This document shows, one piece after another, positions 12,454-27,305 of a DNA stretch of 64,000 nucleotides. Positions within the stretch are counted from its first letter, which is position 1. The number at the start of each line of letters is the position of its first letter. Source of the DNA: the human T2T-CHM13v2.0 reference genome, Homo sapiens; NCBI RefSeq assembly GCF_009914755.1, contig NC_060925.1, one strand, 5' to 3'. Under the pieces are notes generated by a model. It saw only the letters and a program-made list of their open reading frames with translations, was not told where the DNA came from and searched no databases. The translations under genes were made by a program, and so were the position numbers.

Positions 12454-15400
12454 TTTTTTTTCTTATTACACTTTAAGTTCTGGGATACATGTACAGAATG
12501 TGCAGTATTGTTACATAGGTATACATGTGCCATGGTGGTTTGGTGCACCCATCAACCTGACACCTACATTAGGTATTTCTCCTAATGCTATCCCTCCCCT
12601 AGCCCCCTACCCCCTAACAGGCCCCAGTGTGTGATGTTTCCCTCCTTGTGTCCATGTGTTCTCATTGTTCAACTCCAAGTTATGAGTGAGAACATGTGAT
12701 GTTTGGTTTTCTGTTCTTGTGTTAGTTTGTTGAGAATGATGGTTTCCAGCTTCATCCATGTGCCTGCAAAGGACATGAACTCATCCTTTTTTTGTGGCTG
12801 CGTAGTATTCCATGGTGTATATGTGTCACATTTTCTTTAACCAGTCTATCACTGATGGACATTTGGGTTGGTTCCAAGTCTTTGTTATGGTGAATAGTGC
12901 CACAATAAACATACGTGTGCATGTGTCTTTATAGTGGAATGATTTATAATCCTTTGGGTATATATCCAGTAATGGGATTGCTGGGTTAAATGGTATTTCT
13001 TGTTCTAGATCCTTGAGGAATCGCCACACTGTCTTCCACAATGGTTGAACTAATTTACACTCCCACCAACAGTGTAAAAGTGTTCCTATTTCTCCACATC
13101 CTCTCCAGCATCTGTTGTTTCCTGACTTTTTAATGATTACCATTCTAACTGGTGTGAGATGGTATCTCATTGTGGTTTTGATTTGTATTTCTCTAATGAC
13201 CAGTGATGATGAGCATTTATTCATATGTTTGTTGTCTGCATAGATGTATTCTTTTGAGAAGTGTCTGTTCATATCCTTTGTCTACTTTTTGATGGTTTTT
13301 TTTTCTTGTAAATTTGTGGAAATTCTTTGTAGATTCTGGATATTAGCCCTTTGTCAGATGGATAGATTGCAAAAATTTTCTCCCATTCTGTAGGCTGCCT
13401 GTTCACTCTGATGATAGTTTCTTTTGCTGTGCAGGAGCTCTTTAGTTTAATTAGATCCCATTTGTCAATTTTGGCTTTTGTTTCCATTGCTTTTGGTGTT
13501 TTAGACATGAAGTCTTTGCCCATGCCTATGTCCTGAATGGTATCGCCTAGGTTTTCTTCTAGGGTTTTTATGGTTTTAGGTCTTATGTTTAACTCTTTAA
13601 TCCATCTGGAGTTAATATTTGTATAAGGTGTAAGGAAGGGGTCCAGTTTCAGTTTTCTACATATATGGCTAGCCAGTTTTCCCAGCACCATTTATTAAAT
13701 AGGGAATCCTTTCCCCATTGCTTGTTTGTGTCAGGTTTGTCACAGATCAGAGGGTTGTAGATGTGTGGTATTATTTCTGAGGCCTCTGTTCTGTTCCATT
13801 GGTCTATATCTCTGTTTTGGTACCAGTACCATGCTGTTTTGGTTACTGTAGCCTTGTAGTATAGTTTGAAGTCAGGTAGCCTGATGCCTCCAGCTTTATT
13901 CTTTTTGCTTAGGGTTATCTTGGCTATGTGGGCTCTTTTTTGGTTCCATATGAAGTTTAAAGTAGTTTTTTCCAATTTGGTGAAGAAAGTCAAGATTGAT
14001 GGGGATAGCATTGAATCTATAAATTACTTTGGGCAGTATGGCCATTTTCATGATATTGATTCTTCCTATCCATGAGCATGGGATGTTTTTCCATTTGTTT
14101 GTGTCCTCTCTTATTTCCTTGAGCAGTGGTTTGTAGTTCTCCTTGAAGAGGTCCTTTACATCCCTTGTAAGTTGTATTCCCAGGTATTTAATTCTCTTTG
14201 AAGCAATTGTGAATGGGAGTTCACTCATGATTTGGCTGTTTGTCTGTTATTGGTGTATAAGAATTCTTGTGATTTTTGCACATTAATTTTGTATCCTGAG
14301 ACTTTGCAGAAGTTGCTTATCAGCTTAAGGAGATTTTGGGCTGAGAAGATGGGGTTTTCCAAAGATACAATCATGTCATCTGTAAACAGAGACAATTGGA
14401 CTTCCTCTCTTCCTATTTGAATACCCTTATTTCTTTTCTTGCCTGATTGCCCTGGCCAGGACTTCCAATACTATGTTGAATAGGAGTGGTGAGTGAGGGC
14501 ATTCTTGTATTATGCCAGTTTTCAAAGGGAATGCTTCCAGTTTTTGCCCATTCAGAATGATATTGGCTGTGGGTTTGTCATAAATAGCTCTTATTATTTT
14601 GAGATACTTTCCGTCAATACCCAGTTTATTAACAGTTTTTTAGCACGAAGGGGTGTTGAATTTTGTCAAAGGCTTTTTCTGCATCTATTGAGATAATCAT
14701 GTGGTTTCTGTCATTGGTTCTGTTTATGTAATGGATTACATTTATTGATTTGTGTATGTTGAACCAGTCTTGCATCTCAGGGATGAAGCTCACTTGGTCA
14801 TGGTGGATAAGCTTTTTGATGTGCTGCTGGATTCGGTTTGCCAGTATTCTATTGAGGATTTTCACCTCGATGTTCATCAGTAATATTGGCCTGAAATTTT
14901 CATTTTTTTGTTTTGTCTCTGTCAGGTTTTGGTATAAGGATGATACTGGCCTCATAAAATGAGTTACGGAGGATTCCCTCTTTTTCTACTGTTTGGAATA
15001 GTTTCAGAAGGAATGGTACCAGCTCCTCTTTTTACCTCTGGTAGAATTCACTTGTGAATCCATCTGGTCCTGGACATTTTTTGGTGGGTAGGCTATTAAT
15101 TATTGCCTCAATTTCAGAACTTGTTATTGATCTATTCAGGGATTTGGCTTCTTCCTAGTTTAGACTTGGGAGGGTGTATGTGTCCAGCAATTTATCCATT
15201 TCTTCTAGATTTTCTACTTTATTATTTGCGTAGAGCTGTTTATAGTATTCTCTGATGGTAACTTATATTTCTTTGAGATCCGTGGTGATATCCCCTGTAT
15301 AATTTTTTTTGTGTGTCTATTTGATTCTTCTCTTTTCTGCTTTATTAGTCTGGCTAGTAGTTTATCTATTTTGCTGATCTTTTCAAAAAAACCAGATCCT

Positions 15401-18400
15401 GGATTCATTGATTTATTTGAAGAGTTTTTCGTGTCTCTATCTCCTTCAGTTCTGCTTTGATCATAGTTATTTCTTGTCTTCTGCTAGCTTTTGAATTTGT
15501 TTGCTCTTGCTTCTCTAGTTCTTTTAATTGTGATGTTAGGGTGTCAATTTTAGATCTTTCCTGCTTTCTCTTGTGGGCATTTAGTGCTATAAATTTCCCT
15601 CTCCACACTGCTTTCAATTTGTCCCAGAGATTCTGGTACATTGTGTCTTTGTTCTCATTGGTTTCCAAGACCATCTTTATTTCTGCCTTCATTTCATTAT
15701 TTACCCAGTAGTCACTCAGGAGCAGGTTATTCAGTTTCTATGTAATTGTGTGGTTTTGAGTAAGTTTCTTAATCCTGAGTCCTAATTTGATTGCAGTGTT
15801 GTCTGAGAGACTGTTTATTAGGATTTCCATTCTTTTGCATTTGCTGAGGAGTGTTTTCATTCCATTTATGTGGTCAATTTTAGAATAAGTGCGATGAGGT
15901 GCTGAGAAGCATGTATATTCTGTTGATTTGGGTGGAGAGTTCTGTAGATGTCTAATTAGGTCTGCTTGGTCCAGAGCTGAGTTCAAGTCCTGAATATCCT
16001 TGTTAATTTTCTGTCTCATTGATCTGTCTAATTTTGACAGTTGGATGTTAAAGTTTCCCACTATTATTGTGTGGGAGTCTAAGTCTCTTTGTAGGTTTCT
16101 AAGAACTTGCTTTATGCATCTGGGTGTTCCTGTATTGGGTGCATATACGTTTAGGACAGTTAGCTCTTCTTGTTGCATTGATCCCTTTACCATTATGTAA
16201 TGCCCCTCTTTGTCTCTTTTGATCTTTGTTGGTTTAAAGTCTGTTTTATTAGAGATTAGGATTGCAACTCCTGCTCTTTTTTTGCTTTCCATTTACTTGG
16301 TAAATATTCCTCCATCCCTTTATTTTGAGCCTATGTGTGTCTTTGTATGTGAGATGGGTCTCCTGAATACAGCAGACTGATAGGTCTTGACTCTTTATCC
16401 AATTTGCCAGTCTGTGTCTTTTAATTGGGGCATTTAGCCCATTTACATTTAAAGTTAATATTGTTATGTGTGAATTTGATCCTGTCATTATGATGCTAGC
16501 TGGTTAGTTTGCCCATTAGTTGATGCAATGTCTTCATAGTGTCAATGGTCTTTACAATTTGGTATGTTTTTGCAGTGGCTGGTACTGGGTGTTCCTTTCC
16601 TTGTTTAGTGCTTCTTGCAGGAGCTCCTGTAAGGCAGGCCTGGTGGTGATAAAATCTCTCAGCATTTGCTTGTCTGTAAAGGATTTTATTTCTCCCTTGC
16701 TTATGAAGCTTAGTTTGGCTGGATATGAAATTCTGGGTTGAAAATTATTTTCTTTAAGAATGTAGAATATTAGCCCCTACTCTCTTCTGGCTTGTAGGGT
16801 TTCTGCAGAGAGATATGCTGTTAGTCTGATGGGCTTCCCTTTGTGGGTAACCCAACTTTTCTCTCTGGCTGCCCTTAACATTTTTTACTTCACTTCAACC
16901 TTGGTTGAATGTGACAATTATGTGTCTTGTGTTTGCTCTGCTTGAGGAGTATCTTTGTGGTGGTCTCTGCATTTCCTGAATTTGAATGTTGGCCTGTCTT
17001 GCTAGGCTGGGGAAGTTCTCCTGGATGATAACCTGAAGAGTGTTTTCCAACTTGGTTCCATTCTCCCCGTCACTTTCAGGCACACCAATCAAACGTAGAT
17101 TTGGTCTTTTCACATAGTTCCATATTTCTTGGAGGCTTTGTTCATTCCCTTTCATTCTTTTTTCTGTAATATTGTCTTCTAGCTTTATTTCATTAAGTTG
17201 ATCTTCAATCTCTGATATCTTTACTTCCAATTGATCAATTCGGCTATTGATACTGTGTATGCTTCACAAAGTTCTCGTGCTATGTTTTTCAGCTCCATCA
17301 GGTCATCTATGTTCTTCTCTAAACTGGATATTCTAGTTAGCAATTCGTCTAACCTTTTCTCAAGGTTCTTAGCTTCCTTGCATTGGGTTAGAACATGCTC
17401 CTTTAGCTCGGAGAAGTTTGTTATTACCCACCTTCTGAAGCCTACTTATGTCAGTTCATCAAGCTCATTCTCTGTCCAGTTTTGCTCCCTTGCTGTTTAG
17501 GAGTTGTGTTCCTTTGGAGGAGAAGAGGTGTTCTGGTTTTTGGAATTCTCAGCCTTTTTGGACTGGTTTCTTCCAAACTTGGTGGATTTATCTAACTTTG
17601 GTCTTTGATGTTGGTGACCTTTGGATGGGGTCTCTGAGTGGACATGCTATTCCTTTCTGTTGGTTAGTTTTACTTCTAACAGGCCCCTCTGCTGCAGGTC
17701 TGCTGGAGTTTGCTGGAGGTCCACTCCAGACCCTGTTTGCCTGGGTATCACCAGCAGAGGCTGCAGAACAGCAAAGATTGCTGCCTGTTCTTTCCTCTGG
17801 AAGCTTCGTCTCTAAAGGCCACCTGCCAGTTGGAGCTCTCCTGGATGAGGTGTCTGGGAGGTGTCTCCCAGTCAGGATACATGGCGGTCAGGGACCTACT
17901 TGAGGAGGCAGTCTGACCCTTAGCAAAGCTCCAACGCTGTGCTGGGGGATCTGCTGCTCTCTTCAGAGCTGTCAGGCAGGGATGTTTAAGTCTGCTGAAG
18001 CTGTGCCCACAGCTGTCCCTTCCCCCAGGTGCCCTGTCCCAGGGGAGTTTTATCTATAAGTTCCTGACTGGGACTGTTGCCTTTTTTTCAGAGATGCCCT
18101 TCCCAGAGGAGAAATCTGGCAGTCTGGCCACAGCGGCCTTCCTGAGCTCTGGTGGGCTCCGCCCAGTTCAAACTTCTGGACAGCTTTGTTTGTTTACACC
18201 ATGAGGGTAAAACCACCTAATCAAGCCTCAGCAATGGCAGACGCCCCTTCCCCCACCAAGCTCAAGCATCCCAGGTGGATCTGAGCCTCCTGGTATGCTG
18301 GCAGTGAGAATTTCAAGGCATTAGATCTTAGTTTGCTGGGTTTTGTTGGTGTGGGACCCGCTGAACCAGACCACTTGGCTCCCTGGCTTCAGCCTCCTTT

Positions 18401-18872
18401 CCAGGGGAGTCAAGAGTTCTGTCTCGCTGGCCTCCCAGGCACCACTGGGGTATAGAAAAAAAGTCTCCTGCAGCTGGTTCAGTGTCTGCTGGAATGGCTA
18501 CCCAGGTTTCTGCTTGAAACCCAGGGCCCTGGTGGGGTAGGCACCAGAGGGAATCTCCTGGTCTGCGGGTTGCGAAGACCATGCATGGGAAAACCACAGT
18601 ATCTGGGCCAGAGTGCATGGTTCCTCAGGCTCAGTCCCCCACAGCTTACCTTCGGTAGGGGAGAAAATTCCCCAACCTCTTGCACTTCCCGGGTGAGGCA
18701 ATGCCCCACCCTGCTTCAGCTCACCCTCCATGGGCTGCACCCACTGTCCAACCAATCCCAGTGAGATGAAACAGGTAACTCAGTTGGAAATGCAGAAATC
18801 ACCCGCTTTCTGTGTCAATCTCACTGGGAGCTGCAGACTGCAGCTGTTCCTATTCAGCCGTCTTGCCATCAG
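12454..18872 (-). mobile_element. Full-length L1PA7-like LINE-1, ORFs disrupted
   Basis: ORF track shows ORF2 EN (MTGSNSHITILTLNVNGLN), RT and C-terminal pieces plus ORF1; 5' UTR ends about 18870. Confidence 0.95.
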
Positions 18873-18879
18873 TCTCCTA

Positions 18880-20095
18880 TTTTTTCTTTGTCCTTTCAGT
18901 TTGAGTCATTTCTATTGACCTACCTTCAAGTTTTTTGATTCTTCCCTCAACTGTGCCCACTCTACTGACGAACCTATTGAGAGAAAATCTTTATTTTCTT
19001 TTCCATTTGTTGCATTTCCATTTAATCCTTTCTCATATGTTTTAAATCTCTACTAAAATTAAGCATCAGTTTTAGCATGTTATCCACCTCTGCTATTAAA
19101 ATCTTTTAATATATTGTAGTTTAAGTTTCTTGGATGCTAGTTTCAATATCTGTTTCATATTTGAGTCTAGTTGTGCTAATTGCTTTGTGTTTTTCTTAAT
19201 ATATTGATACGCCCCATGACTTTAAGGAAAGATGGACATCTTGTATAAGACAGTATAGACGAACGCAAATTTTTTTATGCTTGATAATAAGAATATATTT
19301 CTTTCTTCTAGGTGTTGGATATAGAAAGGTAAAAGTCATCTAGTTAAGATTTCAGTTGGGTTTGGGATTTGTTGCTGCTGTGATTACCTTTAGTGAATCA
19401 AGGATTTCAAATAACCCTAGTGTTGACCTTGTGTTTAGGGTGAGACACGGTTTGCAAGGTGTGTGTTGTCAGTGTCTGCTCCACCCTCAGGTTAGGTCTC
19501 TCCTTTGCACTGCACCTCAATGGTGGTCTAGTAATGTGTTTGCTCCTTTTCTGGCAAGAAAATGCTATGAATTTGTTATAGAAAAATCTTTGTTTTTCTG
19601 ATTAAGCTTTACTGTTAGGCAGCCACTGTGTTTATGGTTCTCCGAGGTGGGGTACGGTTCTCCGAGGTGGGGCTTTCTCCGTGATCCCGCCCCAGACCTC
19701 CACCCATAGGTCTGTAATCACTGGGTATATCTGTCCCTACCCTCCAGGGTTGGAGGGCTTTCCGTGTCCTTCCCCCAGCTTCAATGGGTTTCTACCAGTA
19801 GCTTAATGTCAACAGACTTTGTTCTTTCTCTAGTAGTTTACCGTGAAGAAAGCTCCAGGTAGGATTTCATGCCTTTTCTGCAGCAGCTGCTATTCTTCAA
19901 CCCCAAGTTTATGCAATGGAGATGGCTTTTATAGAAATTTTGCCAATTATTTTTGTGACAACTTGGTGAGGTCCATGGAGAAAACTCTAAGATTGGGTGC
20001 TATTTCTCCTTGTGTCTATATTCCAGAGAGGCTGCATATTCTTTTGGTAGACAACACTTGCTTTTAGCAATTCATTAAAAATATTAGCTGAATTC
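18880..20095 (-). mobile_element. Continuation of ancient L1M (ORF1/5' region)
   Basis: atttctattgacctaccttcaagtt... L1M ORF1 antisense motif resumes. Confidence 0.6.
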
Positions 20096-20096
20096 T

Positions 20097-20396
<300 letters not shown>

Positions 20397-20656
20397 AGAT
20401 GGCCCACAGGCTTTTAGAATCAGAAGTTAATATTTAGAAATAACTATTTGAAATCTCTCATATTAAAGGAGAAGTCAAGACCTAGAGAGATCACACCCCT
20501 AACTCAACCATCACTGAGTTGTTCAACATAACATTCCTGAGATAACAGGTGCATGTTAGAAGGGCAGAAAATTGGAAACAAACTAAATGGCCCCTAGGAT
20601 GTGGTTAAATAAATGACAATATGTCCATGTAAGTGAATATGTTATTGAGCCTTTCA

Positions 20657-21003
<347 letters not shown>

Positions 21004-21207
21004 TTATTTCATGACTAAAGTGTAAACAGGAGATTATAAGATACTAGATACAATATGATTGCTTTTTAAGACAAAAGTAAACAATGGCAGCATATGGGGA
21101 CTTATATTATCTTTTTTTATCAGTATTTTTAAGTTGGTACAATAATATTTACTGCATTGTAAATCATAAAATATTTTAATAGATAATTTTGTGCATTCTA
21201 GGTATAA

Positions 21208-21521
21208 TCTATTAGTCTGTTCTTACGCTGCTAATAAAGACATACCTGAGACTAGGTAATTTATAAAGAAAAAGGCATTTAATGGACTCATAGTTGCACA
21301 TGGCTGGGGATTCCACACAATCATGGCACAAGGCAGAGGAGGAGAAAGGCATGTCTTACATGGCAGCAGGCAAGAGCATGTGCAGGGGAACTCCCCTTTA
21401 TAAAACCATCAGATCTCGTGAGACTTATTCACTACCATGAGAACAGCATGGGAAAGACCCGCCCTCCCACGAATTATGGGAGCTACAATATGAGATTTGG
21501 GTGGGGACACAAACCATATCA
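21208..21521 (-). mobile_element. THE1 solo LTR (MaLR)
   Basis: attagtctgttcttacgctgctaataaagacatacc ... aaaccatatca. Confidence 0.9.
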
Positions 21522-21781
21522 TCTATTTACAGCTATATAGAAGTATATGTACCTGTGGGAACAGAAAAAAAAAATAGTATTAAAGTGGTTGAATTTGCAA
21601 TGTATGTTTCTCTTTAAGTTTCCTATATTATAAAAATTAACATAATGTTTTGAGGAAAATATTCATTGTGAATATTTAAGTTTTGTCCAGAGGTCCTGAG
21701 TTGGATATGTGAAGTGAGATGCTCGTGAACACTGCAGATAAATTGATGCACACACAGTCACAGCAGTTGATTCTGACTTAG

Positions 21782-21941
21782 GAACATTTCACTCTCCTTT
21801 CCTTTGCTCATTTTGGTGGTGAAGATCTCGTCCAGAAGTAATATACGTCAAGAAAGAAGAGATTATAAATGTCTAGCAGGGACTGTTAGAAATATATTTG
21901 GTGCCCTTGATGATTTCTCAATCAAGACAGGGAACACTGAG
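21782..21941 (+). pseudogene. Putative pseudo-exon (phase 2>0)
   Basis: ttctgacttag| ... gag|gtacaa; open frame NISLSFPLLILVVKISSRSNIRQERRDYKCLAGTVRNIFGALDDFSIKTGNTE. Alternative start 21825 or end 21973 possible. Confidence 0.35.
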
Positions 21942-22351
21942 GTACAACCACATAGAGCATCGGAGCTGCTACGGTAAAGGGGAAGGAGAGATTCCTACTC
22001 TGGTTGATGACACTGGATCCTTGCAAGCTGGACATCTCGGAACAACAGACACAGCTGTTCAACCTCAGAGGTGGGGCAAACACTGTAATCCTCTGCATGT
22101 TTCAAAGGCTAGTTATTGCCTATTTGGTAGGCAACAAAATAAATATTTGGCATACGTTTTTTTAAAGTATAAAATGAATTGAGTCAAGAAGTTGACATTT
22201 ATTCAATTAACAAGTTGGGGTTGGAAGCTAAATTCTCCTTTAAATCTTACACAAAATGAAACTTCCAATTAAAATGTCAAAAGATTGACATCACAGAACG
22301 AAAGAACCAGGAACACTGGAAGCAGGAACCTTTGTTGTTTTTATTCAATAG

Positions 22352-22521
22352 GAAGGAACATTTCTTTCTCCTCCAGATAAACTGGAAGCTCTTTGCTGAG
22401 CATTGTCACTGCTAAAGTGCTTTTTCATTGTTACACTCCATCAGTCGTTTCTCCTTGGCAGGGTACTAATTTATCAGTTGAAAAGCCACTAGGCAATGAC
22501 TACAACCATTACAGGAAGCAG
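22352..22521 (+). pseudogene. Putative pseudo-exon (phase 0>2)
   Basis: tttgttgtttttattcaatag| ... gcag|gtcaat; EGTFLSPPDKLEALC*ALSLLKCFFIVTLHQSFLLGRVLIYQLKSH*AMTTTITGS. Confidence 0.4.
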
Positions 22522-22769
22522 GTCAATATGATTATTGTCAGTCACTCTGTAACCGAGAAACCTAAAATGCAAAGAAAATTGTGTAGCCCAAATCCCCAGG
22601 AAGCCAGTGTCTGCATTTATTGCCTAGATTTAGCTATTTTATTTTCTCAGTCCTGCAGACAACCTTAATGTATTAAAAAAAATTGCCCAGGGTTGAGATC
22701 TTAGTGATTGTCTACGCAGAATGTTACTGTATGTGTGGTTGAGTATTTCTAACAAACATTGAGTTCTAG

Positions 22770-22937
22770 CTTCTGCTTCTCTTTCACGATCAAAGCCGTG
22801 ATGCTAAAAAGCTACGAGAAGTTTTTCCCTGGCTCAGTTATAATTTTAAAAATTTTGCAAAATGGTTCTCTGCTAAATTAGAATAGACAGACAGCTCCAG
22901 CCATGCCAGAATCACAAAGCATGTGCATTATTCTTAG
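22770..22937 (+). pseudogene. Putative pseudo-exon (168 nt, frame ambiguous)
   Basis: gagttctag| ... ttag|gttaga. Two frames each have one internal stop (FCFSFTIKAVMLKSYEKFFPGSVIILKILQNGSLLN*... or LLLLFHDQSRDAKKLREVFPWLSYNFKNFAKWFSAKLE*...). Confidence 0.35.
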
Positions 22938-23161
22938 GTTAGAAATATTTGGGGTGGAGGGTAGATGGTAGCATGGCAGCAGAATATTCTCTAACCCACC
23001 AAGATGGCGAATGTAAAAAAGAATATTAGCAATAATCAATACCATTCTTCACAAAAATAGTAGGCAGAAATCCTGCAGCTTTCATACCCAGTTCATACTA
23101 ATATCTACAGGTGTTTATTAGTTTGTTCTGGTTCTGAATGTTATAAACATCTCAGGACTAG

Positions 23162-23537
<376 letters not shown>

Positions 23538-24519
23538 TTCCCTCAAGTCTTAATTGCTGTCATTGAGAAGAGAGAAATCCTGTGTGGATTTTATTGTAAT
23601 TGAATTAGAATTCAAAGAACAAGAGAGGGACGGAAGGAAAGAGAAAGAGGTGGAAAGGATGTTTAATCATCATGTCAGAAAATAAATTCTTTCTAATAAA
23701 TGTGAAATAGGACAATGATGTCACTGCTGTCCATTCATTCTATCTCCCAGCATTTTCCCTGTCTTTTTGTGTCTCAAGAATTTGGGCTGGGTTGACTAGG
23801 AATTCTCTACCATTCAGCAAAGTAAGGAGAGAAAGAAAAAGGTGAAAGGAGATGGAAAAGGAAATGGAAAGGAAGAAAGGAGAAGAGAAGATGATCAAAG
23901 AGCAGGATGAGCAGGGAGAGACGGGTAACAAGGGTCAGTCTCTTCACTGGAGAAAGGAAACAGTATCCTTTATTTCTTTTGGGTCTCCTAAAGAGAGAGT
24001 TATAAAATGTGTGTGTGTGTATATATATACATTCCAGCAGATGTGAATAAGCCTCCAGCTGTCTATAAGTGATTTCATCCTTCAATTCCTTAATTTTGGC
24101 AAAGTTAGTTTGAGGCTTTTTAGGGAGTCAATTTTGAAGACCATGTATGTGCAAAGGATAAGTGACTATCTGTGAAAGTCATTATCGTTATTTTTAAAGA
24201 GGCATTTGGGTAAAGGAAGTCAAACTCCTAATACCCAGCCATTGGTCATGCATCTGAATGCAGAAAAAAAAAAAAGAAATTCATGCAGTTGCATGCAATT
24301 ATGGAAAGTGCAGAAAAACCATCTGTTCTTGGAAATAAAATCTTCCTCAACCCCACTGGATGTCAGAAGCCCAAGTGAATGTGGGGGAAGTGACTGTTAA
24401 AACTAATTTTGTATGTGAAAAGTATCTATGCTTTATCCAAACGAAACTGTACACCCCTGGAAGGTTCTATTAAATTTTTCCAGTGAATTGACAAATATTA
24501 AAAAAAAAAAAATCTCCAG

Positions 24520-24748
24520 TATTGTTCTTGAAGCATGACCAGTCTCCAGATTCACTGACGGGCCATGTTAATCATCAGTACATGGACATGTTATTTGCAA
24601 ATGGAATTCAGGTCAAGAGCAAGACACTATAAGCAAAAAAGGAAAGGTTTTGAAATGCAATAATGTTATTTATCTGTTTTAACATGTAGAAGCAGAGCAA
24701 GCATCCAGTGAGTGAACAAATCTGACAGATGCAATGGGTTGACAACAG
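24520..24748 (+). pseudogene. Two possible small pseudo-exons 24520-24611 and 24690-24748
   Basis: LFLKHDQSPDSLTGHVNHQYMDMLFANGIQ|gtcaag then KQSKHPVSEQI*QMQWVDN|gtgtgg; phase-compatible across a 78-nt intron, but the first acceptor is weak. Confidence 0.25.
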
Positions 24749-25724
24749 GTGTGGACAGAAAGGCTCCTCCCACGTCTACATTACCCCAGGAGTCTTCACT
24801 TTCACAACCTTCATTACACTACTTTTGGGAAACACTGCCTAAGTTATCTCACTTGAGCCTCCAATTATGTCTACAACTTAGTATACAGTTGCTTAGCACT
24901 TCTATACTTGATTTGTATGTGATTAATTTCCAAGTATTTACATGTTACTTGTAAATCTCTGAAGGTGCTTTTCTTTTATGAGTTTCCTGCTGCTCTGCCT
25001 AAAATGCAAATTGTTCATAACCTTCCACCCTTCCACAGACCACATGACTGTTTTCCCACCTGCCAGTATCTACCTGGCTTTAACAGAAAATTGATTATCT
25101 TACAAAAGCTTTTCCCTAAGGTGGAATAAAAACTCCACAGGGGATGATATAGTGGGGGTGAGAGGTCTCTCTCAGATGAAATAGCTTCCCACCTCTCCCC
25201 TTTTCACTTACATTCCTTTCACAGAAGAAAATTGTTCTTTTCTGAGAGGGAGCAAGAACAGGGCTTGATATTTTACTTAAGAAAAAAAAAAACTCAAGTG
25301 ATCAAGGTTTGAACTGTGGTTACCATTATGCAGCCATATTTCTAGAACAAGCTACTTTTACCATCTTGAGATTTCAATGACCTTTTGCAAGAAAGCATCT
25401 TCTCCAGTGCAAGTTATAACTTTTATTTATGGGAAATTTAAAAAAGACTGTTCACATCCTTAGTCTGATAACTTTCATTTATGGGAAATTTAAAAAAGAC
25501 TGTTCACATCCTTAGTCTGATAAATAGGTTGTGTGTGGCTTTAAAGGGAAAAAAAAAAAAAAACCTGCCAGCAACCAGTGGGATGTAAAATATAGACTAT
25601 GAAAAAAAGCATGTCTCAAACCTTCACAATGGTAAACACTTGGAAACCAATGAACAACCCTTAGATTCTATTCTGACTGATAGGTGTGATTAAGGAAAAG
25701 ATAAAAGCTGATGCTATTCTAAAA

Positions 25725-26531
25725 TACAGTAAATTCTTATAATTTTATGTTGCCTTGGCATCCATTTTAAATGTAGGTTTAACTTTCTCATACCAAAAGC
25801 AGGGCTCGGTCATCCTTGATGCAATTTCCAGTGCTATACCACACCCAAATGGCTCATGCTGGTGGCCAGAGATGATGAGAACTCAGAAGCATCTCTGCCA
25901 CCTACCTGACTGGGTTCCTCGTTTTCCCAGTGTGTCCTTTAAATGGACCATTCAGGCATTTACCTGGGAACTTAAAGTGACACACACCCTATTCCCTTGT
26001 ACAAACTACTAGCTGCCATGCATTCTCCATCTCTGCCTGACTGTTCAGTCCTTCCTTGCATAACCCAGGGACGAAGCGCTGCCCCGCACCACACCCTGAC
26101 CCATTATGCTGTCCTTGCTCAGGATCCGTAAGTAAAAATCTTTGAACTTGCTTCCTGTTGTGGTGGTGTATTGAATTTGCACCATCTGAAGAACCAGGGG
26201 CTATCCCAGGCTGGGTTTTCCCTGGGACACTGGGGAGAACACAAGGCTGGGCTCCCAGTGCCAGAGCTATGGTCAGGCAGGCATAAACTGGACATGGGTC
26301 AGACAAGAGCCACAAGGGCATCTGCCAGCATAAACAAGCTCCCTATATGAGAGACCCTCCTGGTCACAGGTGGGACAACTGGGCATTAGGCTGTCCTCCA
26401 GCCAAAAGAAGCGTTCCATAAAAGGCATACAGCAAACATCCACGTTCAGCTCCCCTTCATTTCCTGTTTAGGACAGGGTGGCTAGCCACTCTGGTGCTGA
26501 AACCCCAAGTTAGCTGGGCCCTCTCAAAACA
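25725..26531 (+). mobile_element. MER54-like ERVL solo LTR
   Basis: Starts agtaaattcttataattttatgttgccttggcatccatttt, ends tagctgggccctctcaaaaca. Confidence 0.75.
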
Positions 26532-27163
26532 ACACTTGCCTCTATTTACCCATGTTCATGCACATGTGTGCATGTACACACATACACCCTGATGGGAGCA
26601 CTGCATACCTCCAGGCTTTTCTCTTTGGCACAGATGCATCATTCGACTCCGAAACCCGAAACAAATCCCAAGATTATTAAAAGTGAATATGTCAAGGAAG
26701 ACACTGATTTTATTCAGCAAGTGATTTTTCCACCTCTTTAGTTACTGACTCATTATACTCTCCTCGCATATCACTAATAGTTATGGAACCTTTAATAACT
26801 GCCTGACAAAGTTCTAACTAATTCACATATGTGATATCTCCTACATTTTACTTGAAGTTACTGACCAAATAGATGCTGACTGATAACATAGTTTTTCAGG
26901 AAGGAAGTTAACTTAGGGAAAATGGAGAAATTCATCCTTCTTTAAAATTCACAGACTAGTGATATATTTTATGAGCCACTGTAGTTAGTGGTATGATATG
27001 CTTCAATGTCCATTGAATTGAGCTGTACATGTAATTCTGTTACTGATAAAATGAAAGTTCCAAAGAATGAAGCCTAATTTGCCTTTATAAATTAGATTTA
27101 CCATTATTCCTACTATAAAGTCATAGTCACTTGCTTTCTGGTAGCCTTTTGAGAGTGAGAGAC

Positions 27164-27170
27164 AATAATA

Positions 27171-27212
<42 letters not shown>
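27164..27212. repeat. (AAT)n microsatellite
   Basis: Direct read. Confidence 0.9.
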
Positions 27213-27213
<1 letters not shown>

Positions 27214-27305
27214 GTAGCCATGTTGGCTAGTTGGCTATAACAGGGTCCTGGATGGACACAGTGACTGTGATAGCAGCATTCACAGTGACAACTATAATAA
27301 CTAAC

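Noticed and set aside
24032-24255. Minus-strand exon-like segment after a strong T-tract acceptor (...FAKIKELKDEITYRQLEAYSHLLE)
   Set aside because: Stops in all frames and no linked minus-strand exons; the T tract is a simple A run on the + strand.
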